Of a DNA stretch of 64,000 nt, positions 1 to 13,894 are shown piece by piece. Source of the stretch: the human T2T-CHM13v2.0 reference genome, Homo sapiens; the NCBI RefSeq assembly GCF_009914755.1, contig NC_060939.1. One strand, 5' to 3'. Each line of letters opens with the position of its first letter. Positions within the stretch are counted from its first letter, which is position 1. A program made the position numbers and the translations under genes. Below the pieces are notes generated by a model, which searched no databases, was not told the origin of the DNA, and worked only from the letters and a program-made list of their open reading frames with translations.

Positions 1-436
1 ACATCTTAGCAGATCATTTTTAAGCTATGGGGATGCTGCCTGCACCTCTTCTATTTCAATTCTAGCAAATGTTCATGAGATATCATTTCTGCTTATTTTA
101 TAAGTGTATATTCTGTATCTATACCATCATGTGTGGAAATCTGGGACAACAATTTTTCTGAATAATCTAATATTTACCACTGAAAGAAACTAAAAATATC
201 AAGCCCAATGTGACAAAGGTTGAGAAGCCAGTCCCAAAAGACTCTAATGGCTGGAATAAGGAAAAGAATAGAGAAGAGCCAGCTACGATCTGGAGTGCGG
301 GAGCCCCTTAGGGTTCGGGGTCAGGGAGAGAAGGTGAGCAGGATCGCATGAGCCTCAGGGGCTGGGGCTGCCAGGAAGTACAAAGCCTAAATCCTCCGAC
401 TTCTCTTCTTATTCCAGACTTGCTTGGAAAAAGCTG

Positions 437-440
437 TTGA

Positions 441-474
<34 letters not shown>

Positions 475-517
475 TGTGATGATGGTGGTGGGATGGATGC
501 TGATGATGATGGTGATA
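437..517. repeat. Compound (TGA)n/(TGG)n trinucleotide microsatellite
   Basis: TGATGATGA...TGGTGGTGG runs visible directly. Confidence 0.9.
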
Positions 518-1991
518 CGTAACATTCCACTCAGCATCACTCACTGAGTATTCTCAATGATAAAAAAAAAAACACTAGTGAGTAATGAATAAAATGCTTG
601 CCATAATTTCCTCTTTTATAAATGGTAGGGTTTTACTAAAAATAAGAATCTGCTATGAATTCAGAAAAAAAAAATTGAAACTGAAGCTTTAAGAGAGTTT
701 CCTTAAACGTGCCCTTCAATTTCTATGTCTTTGGTGACACAGCACTTTCCCGTTACTGTATGTCATTATTCCACACAGACCCGTGGAGGCTTGTGAGTGT
801 TTCATTAACTGTCTCCATGTTCTTTATTATAACATTTCCCTCCTACTTTGCCACTAGTACAGTGTTAAAGTAATAAAACAGCACTTTTCAAGTGTTCCAC
901 TAGTTCTCACTAGACTCCACTCCCTGGCCCAGTTCTGCTATAAGAAGGCTTTTCTATATCATGTTTCTATGGCCCTTTGCTTCCAAAAAGGATCACAACG
1001 TTCTCTACACATATTACATATAGTATTCATTGTTGCCACACTCCTATGAGGTGGGTATTTTTAGCTTCTTTTACAAACACAGAAAACAGCACACAGGAGA
1101 GAATGTACTTACTCAGGCACACCAAATTGTGGGGGCTAGGGGGAAGGAAGAAAATTAACCATCCTTGCACTTTGAGCCAGATCAGTTACTAGGGGCTGAC
1201 ATTCCATATCTTATTTTAATTCTCACAACAATTCCATAAGATAGCTCCATTTTACAGATGTGAAACCAAAATCCAGAGAGGTTAAGAAACTCACCCAAGG
1301 TTCCCATGCCAGACCTGGGATTCACATCCAGTGCTCCCGATTACACAGGGAATCTCCTTGCTCCACAGCTCTCTTTGTTGCTTGAGATACACAGGAATCC
1401 CTTTCACGGGGGCCCGCATGGAAACAGTCTTCATTTTAATTGCCTGCAAGATTAAATATCAAGCAACAGTGAGATGTAGTTCTGAAACTCAACGATGTTT
1501 GGCCATACCGGTAGGAGCAGAATATCCAAATGGTTAGAGAAAAGAGTTGTCCTGGCTCCCCTCTAATCAGTCCACACCTGGGCTTGTGCATCTAATGCCG
1601 GGCATTGCATTTTTGAGGGGCATCCACAAACAAGGTTCGCAGAGAGTGAGGAATCCAGAAGCAAACTCCAGAAGAACACTCCCTTGGGAAACAGTCAAAG
1701 ACCCTGTGAGGAGAGACATGAAGGGTGATGTGAGAACCCTCCTGCACTAACTGGAGGCTGCCCCTGTTGAAATGGGGGCAGACTGTGTTGCTCTAGAGAG
1801 CAGAATTGGGCCACTCACTTGTAAAAGAGTTTGGAATGAATGCTTCAGAGGAATTCTGCAAGCACCTTATATTGGGACTTAGCAAGGTACCTTCATGGTG
1901 TCCCCATGTATGGGACAGAAATAAGCACTCCATGGTAATACAGTCAGATGGATGGGGGGACTGGCCATGCTCTATGAGTTAGTTTAATGGA

Positions 1992-2486
1992 GTGTAGAAG
2001 CCAGCCTCCAAGATGCCCCCAGTGATCCCCATCCCCTGGTATTCACATCCTGTATGACCCTCCCACACTAGTTCAGGGCTGGCCCTGTGTGGGACTTCCA
2101 AAGCTATGACACAGAAGCACTGCACTCCCTGTGTCACTCACTGTGGTGGAAGCCAGCTGCCATGTCATGAGGACACTCAAGCAGCTCCATCGGGAGGCCC
2201 TATGGAGATGAAATGAGGTCACTGGCCAGCAGCCAGCACCAATTCACCAATCACGTGAGCGACCCACCTTGGACATGGATCCTCAAGCCCCAGTCAAGCT
2301 TTCAGCTAACTGCAGCTGTAACTGACATCTGACTACAACTTCAAGAGCTAGTCCAGGCCAGAACTGCCTGGCGAAGTTTCTCCCAAATTCCCGATCCATA
2401 GAAACCATGAGAGATATTAAATAACTATTGTTTTAAGACACTCAGTTTTGAGGTGATTTGTTACACAGCCATTATAACTGGAATAT
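1992..2486 (+). mobile_element. MaLR solo LTR (MLT1E/F/G-like)
   Basis: Start ...CTCCAAGATG..CCCCAGTGATCCCC...CTGGTATTCAC and end TTGTTTTAAG.CACT.AGTTTTG.GGTGATTTGTTACACAGC resemble MLT1 consensus as recalled. Confidence 0.7.
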
Positions 2487-3349
2487 CGGATTATGTCGTT
2501 CATTCCAGGGGGGCTGTCTCTAGTGCTCTGCTCTAGAACTCAGCCCTAATCTCCGTCCCAGGCAATATTTTTATGAGCAGCCTGAATGAAAACATAGAAG
2601 TGGCACACTAGTTAGCTTTGTAGAATGTCTGCTGCTAAGAGGAATGGCAAACACACAGAATAATAGAGTCAGAATCCAAGATGATCTGAAGTAGTAAACT
2701 GAATTAGTTAGTGTAATGTTTAAAAGAAGCAAAAATGAAGCCCCACACTTGGATTGGAAAAACCCATTGTACCAGGATAAGCCAAAGGAGATGCTAGGTG
2801 GCAGAAGCACTGTGAAAAGGAAGTCTGAGCTGGCTGCAGGCTCCAAATGAGTCATGATGAGGCTGTCATAAAAGCACATAAATGTTGGCTGCATTACCAG
2901 AAGCACAGGACCCAGGTTATTGAGGTGAGCTCTCCTCTGGACCCAATCCAAAAGGGAGAAGGGAGAGACTTGAGATCACTGATTCCAAACAGAAAGGTTT
3001 ATCACGTGGCAGGAGGTCCTGGGACAGGTTAGGGTTGGGGGGATGGAAATGGGCCTGTCTTGTTCACTGCTGAATCCACAGTATTGGGCATGAGCTTCTG
3101 TGAAAGCTGAAAGCTGCCTAAATACAAGAACCACGTGAAAAAAATGGATGTGGCCTCAGAAGGGAGTCAAACTCATGGCCACATCCAAGCAGAGTCTGAT
3201 GTCCTACTTGAGGGAAACATCATGGACAGGACTGACATACTCTATGGAGGGGTGTCCTTAAAGTTCTCCAAGAGCTCTTCCCAGCTCTGAGATTCTCTTA
3301 TTCTGTGATTTGTGATTGAATGAGTAGAACCTGCTGAATGATGTCAGCA

Positions 3350-3505
3350 CAGTGCTTCTCAAACTTCAGCAGGCATATACAACACGGGAGGGATCTTGTT
3401 AAAATGCAGATTGTGAGTCAGTAGGTCTGGGGAACCTGGCATTCTGCATTTTGAATAAGCTTCCAGGTGACACTGCCAGTCTATAGAACATACTCTGAGC
3501 AGCAA
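3350..3505. mobile_element. MER5A-like hAT-Charlie fossil
   Basis: CAGTGCTTCTCAAACTT...CTTGTTAAAATGCAGATT...TCAGTAGGTCTGGGG...TCTGCATTTT. Confidence 0.75.
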
Positions 3506-4214
3506 GAGGTTAGAAATTGCCAGTTTACAGCAGACTGCATCGGGCAGCCTGGAAAAGGCATTAGGCAACTGTAAAGTATTCTAGCAGAAGAGGAGATGAC
3601 CAGCTTCAGAAATATTACACTGGAACAGAGCTCCTGAGTTGGACAGGAAGAGCCTGTGTATGCCACCAAGGGCCTTCTGACACGCATGTCCTTTGACTCT
3701 CTGAATACTGTCTTTAAAGTGTCCAAATGCGTTGCCATTATCCTGGGTTTTTTGTATCCTTTAGGGCTAGGGAGTGTGAATTCATACCAGCCTGTACTCC
3801 AATCCCATTCACTACCTTGATGGCCTCTGAGTCTTGGTTTCTTAGTGTGTAAATGGGAATGGCATCCATCTGAGAGGCTGCTGTACCAAGCAGCATCTGA
3901 CACATAATAGGTGCCCAATATATGTTTCTTAGACTCATTACAAAACCAGATGATCAATAAACATTTGTTCCCTTCAATACAAAGATAAATCGCCTAATTA
4001 ATATTTGCCCTTGACTTGTTCTTCATTAACCCCACCTGCCCTAGGATGAATGTTGACATGAACCCATTTTACAAATGAGAGCAATTTGTTCTCCCACAAG
4101 GCATCAGGTAAACACAGGCATGAGAATCCATGACCTCGTTGGAATTTCAGGGACTGTTTTTTTCCCAGAGGGTCATTTCTCCCTGTTCCAGGCATTGAGG
4201 CCAGTAACTATTAA

Positions 4215-4520
<306 letters not shown>

Positions 4521-5449
4521 TCATCTCATTTCTTTATCTGTGAGAGAAGCCACTATCACCCCCTAAGGGGCTTCGGTCACCAGCATTTTGTCTGTGTCCT
4601 AAATGCTTCAAGACTTACAGACCTGACTCAATACGCTCAGGTAGAAAAAGGGTGAAATCAAGAATGGCCAACCACTGGAACACTTTAGCCATTGCTCTGA
4701 GAGGTGGGTGGATAGAGTGGGCACTATGCTCCCTCCGACGGGGCTTCACTGCCCTGGACAGGGGAGAGACAGGCGGCTCACAGAGCATGTGCTGGGCCAG
4801 GGCCAGTCCCGCCCCCAGGCAGAGATGGCCAGTAAAATAACCACATAATTCCAGTGGAGTCGCCCTGGGGAAACCGAGGCACTTCAGTTCCTTTTCATCA
4901 AGGAACTGATTAAAGTGTGGTCTATTATCTCTGTAGTGGGGAGTCCCGAAAGATTCCACTTCTTCCTCTTCTTGCCCAATGAGAGGGTCAGGAAGCTTCC
5001 ACCACCATCCTGACTGTGGCCACCACATCCTGGTGTGAAGCACCACCAGCTTCCTCCACAAGAACTCTGAAGGTCACCAGCCAGCTTGAGTCCTCCGAAG
5101 GTGCTGTGGCTCAACCAGCAGCCTGTGTAGCAGAGAGCACAAGACCTGGGACTCGAACTCAGTCCCACCTTCAAGAGGGATCTCCACCACTTTCTGAGCC
5201 TCAGTTTTCACATCTTTGGTTAGGGGCAGGTGGGAAGTTGCCATATTTACCTTGTTGGGCTCTTTGGAAAAATTAAATGAAATGTTAATGTATGTTACAC
5301 AACGGGCTCATAGGAGGGATTCAAAAGCTGCTAGTTCTTTTTCTCCTTTTCCTGAAAACGGTATTAAAGAGTACTGTAGAGACACTGGAGAATTCCTGCT
5401 TCATATGAGATGTCCTTGGTCTCTCCCGGGGAATTTGAAGACCCAGAGA

Positions 5450-6620
5450 CTCGCAGCTCCCCGTGAGCCTCCCCGCTGACGCCTTACCTCCCCCTCTCCA
5501 CCATCCCCTGCCATCCCGGTGTACGCCACCCCCAAAAAAACTTTCAGCCAGCTCCTCGGTGAGGGTCGTTCCAAATCGTGGCCGACAGTAGCGGGCTGCA
5601 CCCTCCTTAGATCGCGTCGTGGCCAGCCTCAGCTGCAGAACCCCGCCGGGCGCCCGGGAGCCCTGTCCCGCCGCGGCGGCCTCAGAGTCCGGGCACTTGG
5701 GGATTCTCTGAGGGTGCAGCCCTCCTGGGCCCCTCCGACTGCGGAGCTGCCGACCGCAATGCAGATGCGGGCCCTCCAGCCCTTCTCGCGCCGCCTTCCT
5801 CCCGCCAGCCCCGGAGCTGCCGGGTCCGCGCCGCCCCGGGGAGCGCTCCTCTCCCGCCCTGAGCGCAGGCCGGCTTCCCCATCGGCGCGCCGGTCCGGAG
5901 CCAGGGTCCAGCGCGCTCCAGACGCCTCTGCCTTCCCCTCCCCCTGTCGGCCGCCCCTCGGTCCCTGGGGGTGGGGTTTCCCTTTGCGCTCGCCCCCTCC
6001 CGCCCCCACCCCTCACGGGCCCTCCCCTCCCCCGCCCGTCCCTATGTATGTGTCACAGCGCGCCATGCCCGCCCGCCCGCCCACCTACCTCCCCGCCGCT
6101 CCAGAGGGGGCTCGCAGAGCTGAGGACGCGCGCAGCGCTGCTCAAGGTCTCTCTCTCTCAGCACCCTCGCCGGCCGGCGTCTGACGCGGGTGCCAGGGTC
6201 TCCGGGCACCTTTCAGTGTCCATTCCCTCAGCCAGCCAGGACTCCGCAACCCAGCAGTTGCCGCTGCGGCCACAGCCCGAGGGGACCTGCGGACAGGACG
6301 CCGGCAGGAGGAGGGGTGCGCAGCGCCCGCGCAGAGCGTCTCCCTCGCTACGCAGCGAGACCCGGGCCTCCCGGCCCCAGGAGCCCCCAGCTGCCTCGCC
6401 AGGTGTGTGGGACTGAAGTTCTTGGAGAAGGGAGTCCAACTCTTCAAGGTAACTGTCTCCTTCCCTCCAGAGCGAGGCTCTCCCAGGGCGCCCGGCGAGC
6501 CAGGAACGGGACTGAGACTGCACGCCCCGGGGCTGGGGGCTGCACTGCCTTGGTCTCCGCCCTAGAGCTATGTGTGCCGGGGGCGCAGCACATCCACCGG
6601 CTGCGTCCGCGGTGGAGTTG
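5450..6620. promoter_or_regulatory. ACAN: CpG-island, TATA-less promoter of ACAN with GC boxes
   Basis: Sharp rise in GC and CpG content versus the CpG-poor flanks; CCGCCC boxes at ~5950-6085; no obvious TATA; overlaps exon 1. Boundaries estimated by eye. Confidence 0.9.
6082..6448 (+). other. ACAN: ACAN exon 1 (non-coding 5' UTR); start approximate
   Basis: Ends at donor CAAG|GTAACT (GT 6449-6450); matches my recollection of the ACAN mRNA 5' UTR; no ATG from 6082 onward. Confidence 0.85.
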
Positions 6621-8991
6621 AGCAAACTTTTTGGCTGTTGCAGACTCAGTGAATGGGGCAAAGGAACACGTGAGGAGGGGCACTTGTCTCCTAGTCCGCC
6701 AGGATGAAGGAACAAGGGAGCCTTTTCTCCAAACACCTAGGTGATTTTAAATCCTAGGGTCTGGAAAGACCCATGGTTGACAGAGTAGCAGCTTCAGAGT
6801 CAAGGGAATGTGGGTTCAAATCCCCGAGGTGCTACTTTTGAGCTGGAAGGTGTGCTTCACCTTCCTGAGCCTTGGCCTGCCGTCTGTCAGCTGAGAGGGA
6901 AAAGGCCTTCGCGGGGTCTGGAAGAATAAATGAAATCATATGGACACTATGTCAGGGACACAGCGGGTCCTAAGCCGAGGCTAGATAGTCCATCCTTGGC
7001 CACTTGGCTTACTCCAGGGACCAGAGTGCCTGAAGAGTCTGCCCAGGGGAGAGTGGCAGAACCTGGGACAGAGCTACTGAACTGCCAGCAGGGGAGAGGA
7101 GAGCAGTGCCCTGAACACACGGGTGTCCAACCAAGAAGGGGCATTTCTCAAGGAAGAAAGGGGAGGGGAGTTGAGGACACACGACCACGAGCGGTTTTTC
7201 CGTCTGTGGGTTCCTCTTCAAACGAAGCCAATGCTGGTGGAGCAGGAGCCCTTTCCAACCCTGGGGCTGGGTTGGAGGCTGTCAGTATGTCAACTGAACC
7301 ACACTCTGGGCAGAGCAAGCTGCGGGGGTGGGGGCTTGTCTCTGGTTGTGAGACAGGATCCAACCCAAACTTTTCCATCATTATCCTCCTTTCAGTCATG
7401 AGCTGGGTTCTGACAGGATCCTACTAGGGTTTCACCATGAAGAAGCTGGAGTTCCAGCATGTTGACTGATGTGTAAATTCTGGTTCTGTGGGGCTGGCTG
7501 CCAGGAGGAAAATACAAAGCTGAATTGGGTTAGCACGGTGTTTTGGGGTCCTGGGTGCTGCAGTGGGTGGGTGTCTGACAGTTTAGAGGGGACTCTGGAC
7601 CTTGAAAATTCACCCACCTCGTCTGAAGAGGAGGGCAAGTGGACCCAGAAAGGTGCAATGAATTTCTGAAGGTTGAACTGTGACTTAGGGTCAAGGGCAG
7701 AACTAGAATCCAGGTTTTCTGAGGCCATAGTCGGTCCCTCGTCCTGATTTAAGAGTCCAGAATTCTTGGGTTCTAATCCTTATCTCTCTTTCTTGTCCTG
7801 GGTTGCCATGGACAAGGAGCAATCAGGTTGCTCATGCACCCTGGGCAAGGTGGGTTTGGAGGCACTATGAAGATACGGTTTAGGAGTGTTGGCTTGTCAA
7901 TCACAGGCTCCAGGGAGAAACTGCAGGAAATGGAAAGGCAATGGGGAAGAAAACCCTGAAGCTCGTTGGGGGAGGAAGCATTGAGCGGCAGTGGGGAGGA
8001 GAGGTTCTAACCTGAAAGAAAGATTGCAGAATAGTAGATCTCCCCAGTATAAAAAGTTTCAGAAGAAGGAATTGTCCAAAGGAAGAAGATATCTCTTGGA
8101 GAGATGCTGGAATTCCACAGGTTACCTTGAGCTGTGTTTAATTTAGATATTCTTACGTGTAGTTTCTAGTGCTGTGCCTGGTATTTTCATTCATTCTCCA
8201 ATATCTGCTGAGCGCCACCTAGGTGCCAGGCTCTGTGCTCAATGCTGGCCCACAGCGGGTACTCAATAAACAGCAGATATGAGATGACCCAAGCAAAGGG
8301 CTTAGCGTAGTGCCTGGCACTGGGCAAGTACTCAGTAACTGTTTCATATTATTAATATTACTATTATCATTCTTAATTCTAGTAGTAAATGAATGTTTTT
8401 CTTTTTCTAGAATATTCACTGACAATCATACTTAAAAGGGAATATTTTGTTTAATGTTCGGAAGCCCTCCACACACCCAGGCACACCTCTTGCCCCTGTT
8501 CCCCATCTCTCTCACACCCACACGCCCAATCCCAGGCAGCCACTCACCCCTGCATGCCAAGGCAGAGCGTTCTCCTCCTCTTATGCCCCCTCCCCAATTA
8601 GAGAGGGAGCTCCAAGAGAGAGCTCACCTCCTGAGACAGTCGGCAAGAGCCAGGAGGGTGGACAGCCTGCATGCAAGGAAGACTGGGATTCAAATTCCAG
8701 CTCAGCCACTCGCTGGCTACATGGCTTTGATAAGGGTACTGAGCCTCCCAGAGGCTTCATTTCCTCTTCTCTAAAAAGGGGAGAAAATCCTCCGATAAGA
8801 GATTTTTGTGAAGATTAAAAGACATAAAGTGGGTGCCTTGTCCAGCTCTCAGCAAGCACCACAAACTTTAATTCCTCTCCTCTAACAGCTCCTAAGCCCC
8901 CTTGTGGGTCACAAACCCCAAGTTATGGATAGCAAAAATTTCAAATGTTTTCTCTTGATAAGAGACTGTGTGTCCTAACTTTTGGTGTGAA

Positions 8992-9286
<295 letters not shown>

Positions 9287-10385
9287 AGTGAATTTCTTTT
9301 TAATGATTCCTTCTAGAACTGGGTTCCTCCCAAGACCCTTCTTATTGGGCCCTTAGGAGGACCTCAGCTGAGCCAAAGGAAGCCCATGAGACCCTGCCTA
9401 GAGTCCCACTTTGAGTCTGTCTCTGCTGCTGCAGGGATGTCTAGCACCAGATTTGTCCAACTGCAGGTTGTGAGATCAATTTAGCGGGGTTCTTAATAAA
9501 ATAGGAAATACCAGATAATCTCATAGTGCCTCCTATGTAGCAAAGGTAAGTACTGTTTCTGGAAACTTTTGTTTCTGTTATTTATTTTGAAGCCCTCTAT
9601 AAGGGTATGTATGTTTATAATATAAATGTATATATGCAAATATATACAAATTTGATATTTGCATATATTTTTATTTAATTTTTTTTTTTACTATATTGGT
9701 CCCAATGATGTTTCTGTCTCAGAAATTTCAGCATTGTGGCCCTAGGTGGCAGGTGCTGGGGCATCCTTGCTGCCACTGCACCAAGTGCTGGGGAGTCAAG
9801 GCAGCTGAGGTGGAAGCTGGAGTTGGGGAAAGGCAAGTTCAAGGAAGAGGACCCAGAGTCAGAGAGGAAGCAGGGCATGGAGGAAGGTCTGCTTATAAGT
9901 AGAGCAGGGGAGGGGACAGGCCAGCAGCTGCCCTGGGAAAGGGGATCAGGAGCACATCTTGGGAACAGGAGCCTTCCTCTCCTGCTGTCAACGGCCTGGC
10001 CTCGTGGCCATGCTTCGTGTCCTGATGGTAGCCGCACTGCCGCCCTGATAACTTAAAGGAAGCCCCTTCAATGGGATGAAGGGCCCGTTTCTGTGACAGC
10101 TACTTTGGGAGTGGCAGCTCCCCTTCCCCCAGATCCAACAGGACACAGCCATCCCTGCGAGGGAGTCTGGGCCCCTGGACGCAGTTGAAGAAGGGCCACT
10201 GGGAGGCCGGCAGAACAAGGGGAGGGCTGGAGAAGGAGCGGGAGTGCAGGCGAGAGGAGGACCAGAGAGGGGGAATTTGTAGAGAAAACGGTAAAACGGT
10301 TTCTTTTTTCAAAAGTTGAATCCAGGGCAAGAACGGAAACGGTGGAGTTTACTTTTAAAAACTCAGAGCCTCCTTATAAGTGGTG

Positions 10386-10387
<2 letters not shown>

Positions 10388-10426
<39 letters not shown>
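10388..10426. repeat. (GT)~19 microsatellite
   Basis: Perfect GT run. Confidence 0.97.
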
Positions 10427-10427
<1 letters not shown>

Positions 10428-11173
10428 ATGCTGGCAGGGCGGGCCCTGCGGGCTGGCCAGGCCTGTGAGAGGTGACTTCTCTCCCTCTCAATGGCCTTAC
10501 AGTGTATCCTAAAGAAGCTTTTTGTTAAACTCATGAATAGGTGGATTTGGGGTGTGTGATGCTGGGCATCACGATTTGGATATTTGGTTACCTTTGAGGT
10601 TACATGTTTTTCCTCTTAAGATACACACTCAAAAAAGGAGCCACCTCTTCTGTGTAGGTCACTATTTTGGTGTATGTGGGGGCGGGGGTGCCTGTCTTTC
10701 TGTAATTGATTTGACTGGAGGGGTGAGGGTAAGAAGGAGAAACACAGGACATGGCAGATCTGCAATGCCTGACCTGGGAGACAGCCTCCCTCAGCTCCCT
10801 GGTCTCTGGCAGTCCCCAGATCACAGATGCCCAGGGCCTTCCAGGCCTGTGATGGTCCTCATTTAAGAGATCGCAAAAGGGACCTAGGCCCAAAGAGGGG
10901 AAGGATATGCCCCAGGCTGCTGCCCCAGAGCAGGTTGGTAAGAATCTGGACTGGGATCTAGACCTTCAGGTTCTCATCACAGAATATGTCGTGTTCCCAG
11001 AGATCATTCATTCATTCTTTCAGCAGCACTTGCTACATGCCAGGCACTGTGCTAGGCATGGATAACATAGCAGTGAATAAATCAACTCACTCTTCCTGCC
11101 CTCCACCTACTTACAGTCTAATGGGGAAGACGGACTGTAACCAACCTGAACCTGACCCCTCATTTCTATACAG

Positions 11174-11412
11174 CAGTGGCTGTCACCTGGGGCTATTTTG
11201 CCCTCCTTCCCCGGGGAACATTTGGCCATGTCTGGAGACATTTTTTGTTGTCACCACTGGAGACTGAGGTGCTTGCTGCTAGCGTCTCATGGATAGAGCC
11301 AGGGGTACTGTGAAACATCTTACAGTGTACAGCACAGCCCCCGCCCACATACATGCACAATAGAGAATTATCTGGCCCAAAATGTCAATAGTCCCAAGGC
11401 TGAGACACCCTG
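11174..11412. mobile_element. MER20-like DNA transposon fossil
   Basis: ACATTTGGC.ATGTCTGGAGACATTTTT.GTTGTCAC ... AGAATTATCTGGCCCAAAATGTCAATAGT...GAGACACCCTG. Confidence 0.8.
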
Positions 11413-13644
11413 CTGCAGACCTTCATTTAGTTCATGGGCCAGGCCATGCCCAACTGGGCATGGCAACTGGAAAAGAGGGGATAGGACAAGAAGGAAAGTT
11501 AGGTAGGCAGTGCAGAGGGGACAATAAATGAAAAGGAAAAGAAAAGTCCGAGCCCCCATGGTAAATTAGAAAAAATGTGGGCTTTGGTGGCCCAGACTGA
11601 GGTTGAAATCCTAGCTGTATCCCCTTGGGTAAGTCAGTTATCCTCTCTGAGCCTCACTGCGTTTCTGTTTCCGTGAGATGGACTCATGGTACAGTTGTGA
11701 AGGTTTGAAAGCAAATAAAGGACCTGGCACAAATTAGACATACAATAAAATGGCAACTGTTATTAGTATATTTGAGGCTTTTAAAGTCCCCACTATGGAA
11801 AATTACAGCATCCACACGTGTGATCAGGAAGCCAAAGAAGGCTGCTCTTTGGGGCAGGGTTGCCATAGTATTCCCTCTGCTTGGGGGAGGGGCAGTGGGT
11901 GGTGTGAGCATCTCCCTCCAGTGTGTGTGGTGGGAGGAGCACTGCACTTGGAGTCACATGGACTGGGCACTGATGGCCATATGACCTAGGGGAAACTGCT
12001 TCACCTCTCAGCCTCAGGTTCTTTATTTATAACACGGAGATGCTAAGCCTGCCCTCATGGGCCAAGATCCAGTGAGGACCTCCGAAGGAGGCCTGTGGGG
12101 GTGCCTTGAAGCCGATGCAGGCCCCTTTGGTGTCTGGTGTGCCCTGTCCCTAACCCAGGGCCAGGCACATACAACAGACTAGTTGAATGAACCATAGTAC
12201 TATAAATTCCTTTCAGTTCTTGACAAAGAGAGCACCAAGAATACCCAGTTGGGCAATCCTTCACTTTGTCACTCCTCCATCCTTTGCAAGATGCAGGGAC
12301 CTCTGGTTCCCAGAACGTGCTGCATCAGGTTGCAGCACCGGGCAGCTGCATCCTCCAGAGAGCACTGCAGATACAGCAGCTGCACCGTGACAGCCCCACA
12401 GGGGCATCCCCATGGGGAGTGGGAGGTAGAGGGGTGGGGGTTCTCCAGAGCTGAGGTGAGCCCAGCTACTGAAAAGAGGACCAAATGAGGATCAGGACCC
12501 TGGAGATTTATCTCAATGCAGGCATGTCATTGAATACCTCCACTTTCCTATCTGTAAAATGGAGTTGAAGTCATGATAAAGTAAGGCCTAACTAAAAGCC
12601 ACTAGCCAAAGGGGTGGATTTGGGTAAACTGTCAAGCTTTCCTGAACTTCTATTTTACAGAGTCATGAAACACTGGAGCAGAAAGGGATTTATGGGTCAC
12701 CACAGCGTCTTCTTCATTATGCAGAGGGGGAGGCTGAGTCCCAGAGAGCGGAGGACACTTGGATGGGGGTTCACAGGCTGCTCTTGCACCCAGGCTTCTG
12801 AGGCTCCTCCCTTCACACCACGCAGGTCCCATTCCAGCCAGTAAAGGGAAGCGTCAGATCACAGCAATGCTGTGACATCCAATCAGAACCCAACTCTAAA
12901 CAGATTTGGTCCTTGGGTTACCCATTGTCCACCCTTGGGACACCTTCTGGCTCTGTCCCTCCATGTCCTCGCTGTTTCCAGGGCTAATTTTGGGGGGAAA
13001 AAAAAACCTCTAGAAGAGAAACGTGTAAGGCAAGTCAGAGTTCAGCCTCCCATCTCCCTCAGAAAACCTGGCCTTCTCGCCTCAGCCGCCGCCTCGGGTC
13101 CTGTGTAGGGGATTTTTCCCAGCAAAGTCTGGACCCTTGGCCTGACCCTCCCCTCACTCCATCCCTCCCCAAGCAGATGCTCCCTGTCTCCCCTCCAGCC
13201 CATCTCCCTTTGACCTGCATATCCAGATGGCTCAGGGGAAGCCTGGATTCTAGGATGACTCAGGCAGGAATGTAGTAAATGTTTTTCAACGTCACAAGAC
13301 ACTGAAAAGGAGGCCTGGAGGTGTCATTAGAGTTAGCCTTCAGTCCCTAAAATTAGCTGCATCTAAGGAGCTTTTCAAAAATACGGGTGGCTGAAGCCCT
13401 AATGTGCTCCAAGAGATTCTGCTTCAGTGAGATGGGGGCTTGGAGGCGGGGAATCTGTGGTTTTCAAAATTGCCCCAGGTGATTCCATTGTGGTCTAGTT
13501 TGTCAACTCCTAGTTTAAAGCCCAAAACAGTTCCTCAGAGTGTATTTGGTTCTAAGATCTTCTCTCTAGCCCTGCCTCTTGGGCCACTTGCTCTCTTCCT
13601 TCCCCAAGGGCAGGACTACAGCCACTGCCCCCAGTTTGTCCTTT

Positions 13645-13894
13645 AGGGGAGTGAGAAGGTCATGGCCAGCTTCTCCTGTCTTCACTTCCCTGCCTGAGAC
13701 AGGGGCCCTTCCTCCCTTGGTTCTCCAAGGTGGTTTGTATAGAACACGCCTTCCAAGGCCAGCAACAGGCTTTGTAGGTGAAAAGGATCTCATCCCTCAG
13801 AGAAAGTCAAGGATGAACAAAATTAACCCTAGTTAATTTTGGGTCTCTTCCCTGCAGGGCTTCTCAAAATGCTGATGGACCTTGGAAATCACCA
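13645..13894 (+). repeat. Local direct duplication, copy 1 (copy 2 at 15480-15716)
   Basis: About 240 bp closely similar to 15480-15716. Confidence 0.92.

Noticed and set aside
308-544. Poly-His ORF on the minus strand
   Set aside because: Translation of the (TGA/TGG)n microsatellite.
5321-6736. Several 120-230 aa ORFs on both strands around the promoter
   Set aside because: Stop-poor GC-rich CpG island; Pro/Arg/Gly/Ala-rich products with no recognisable domain.
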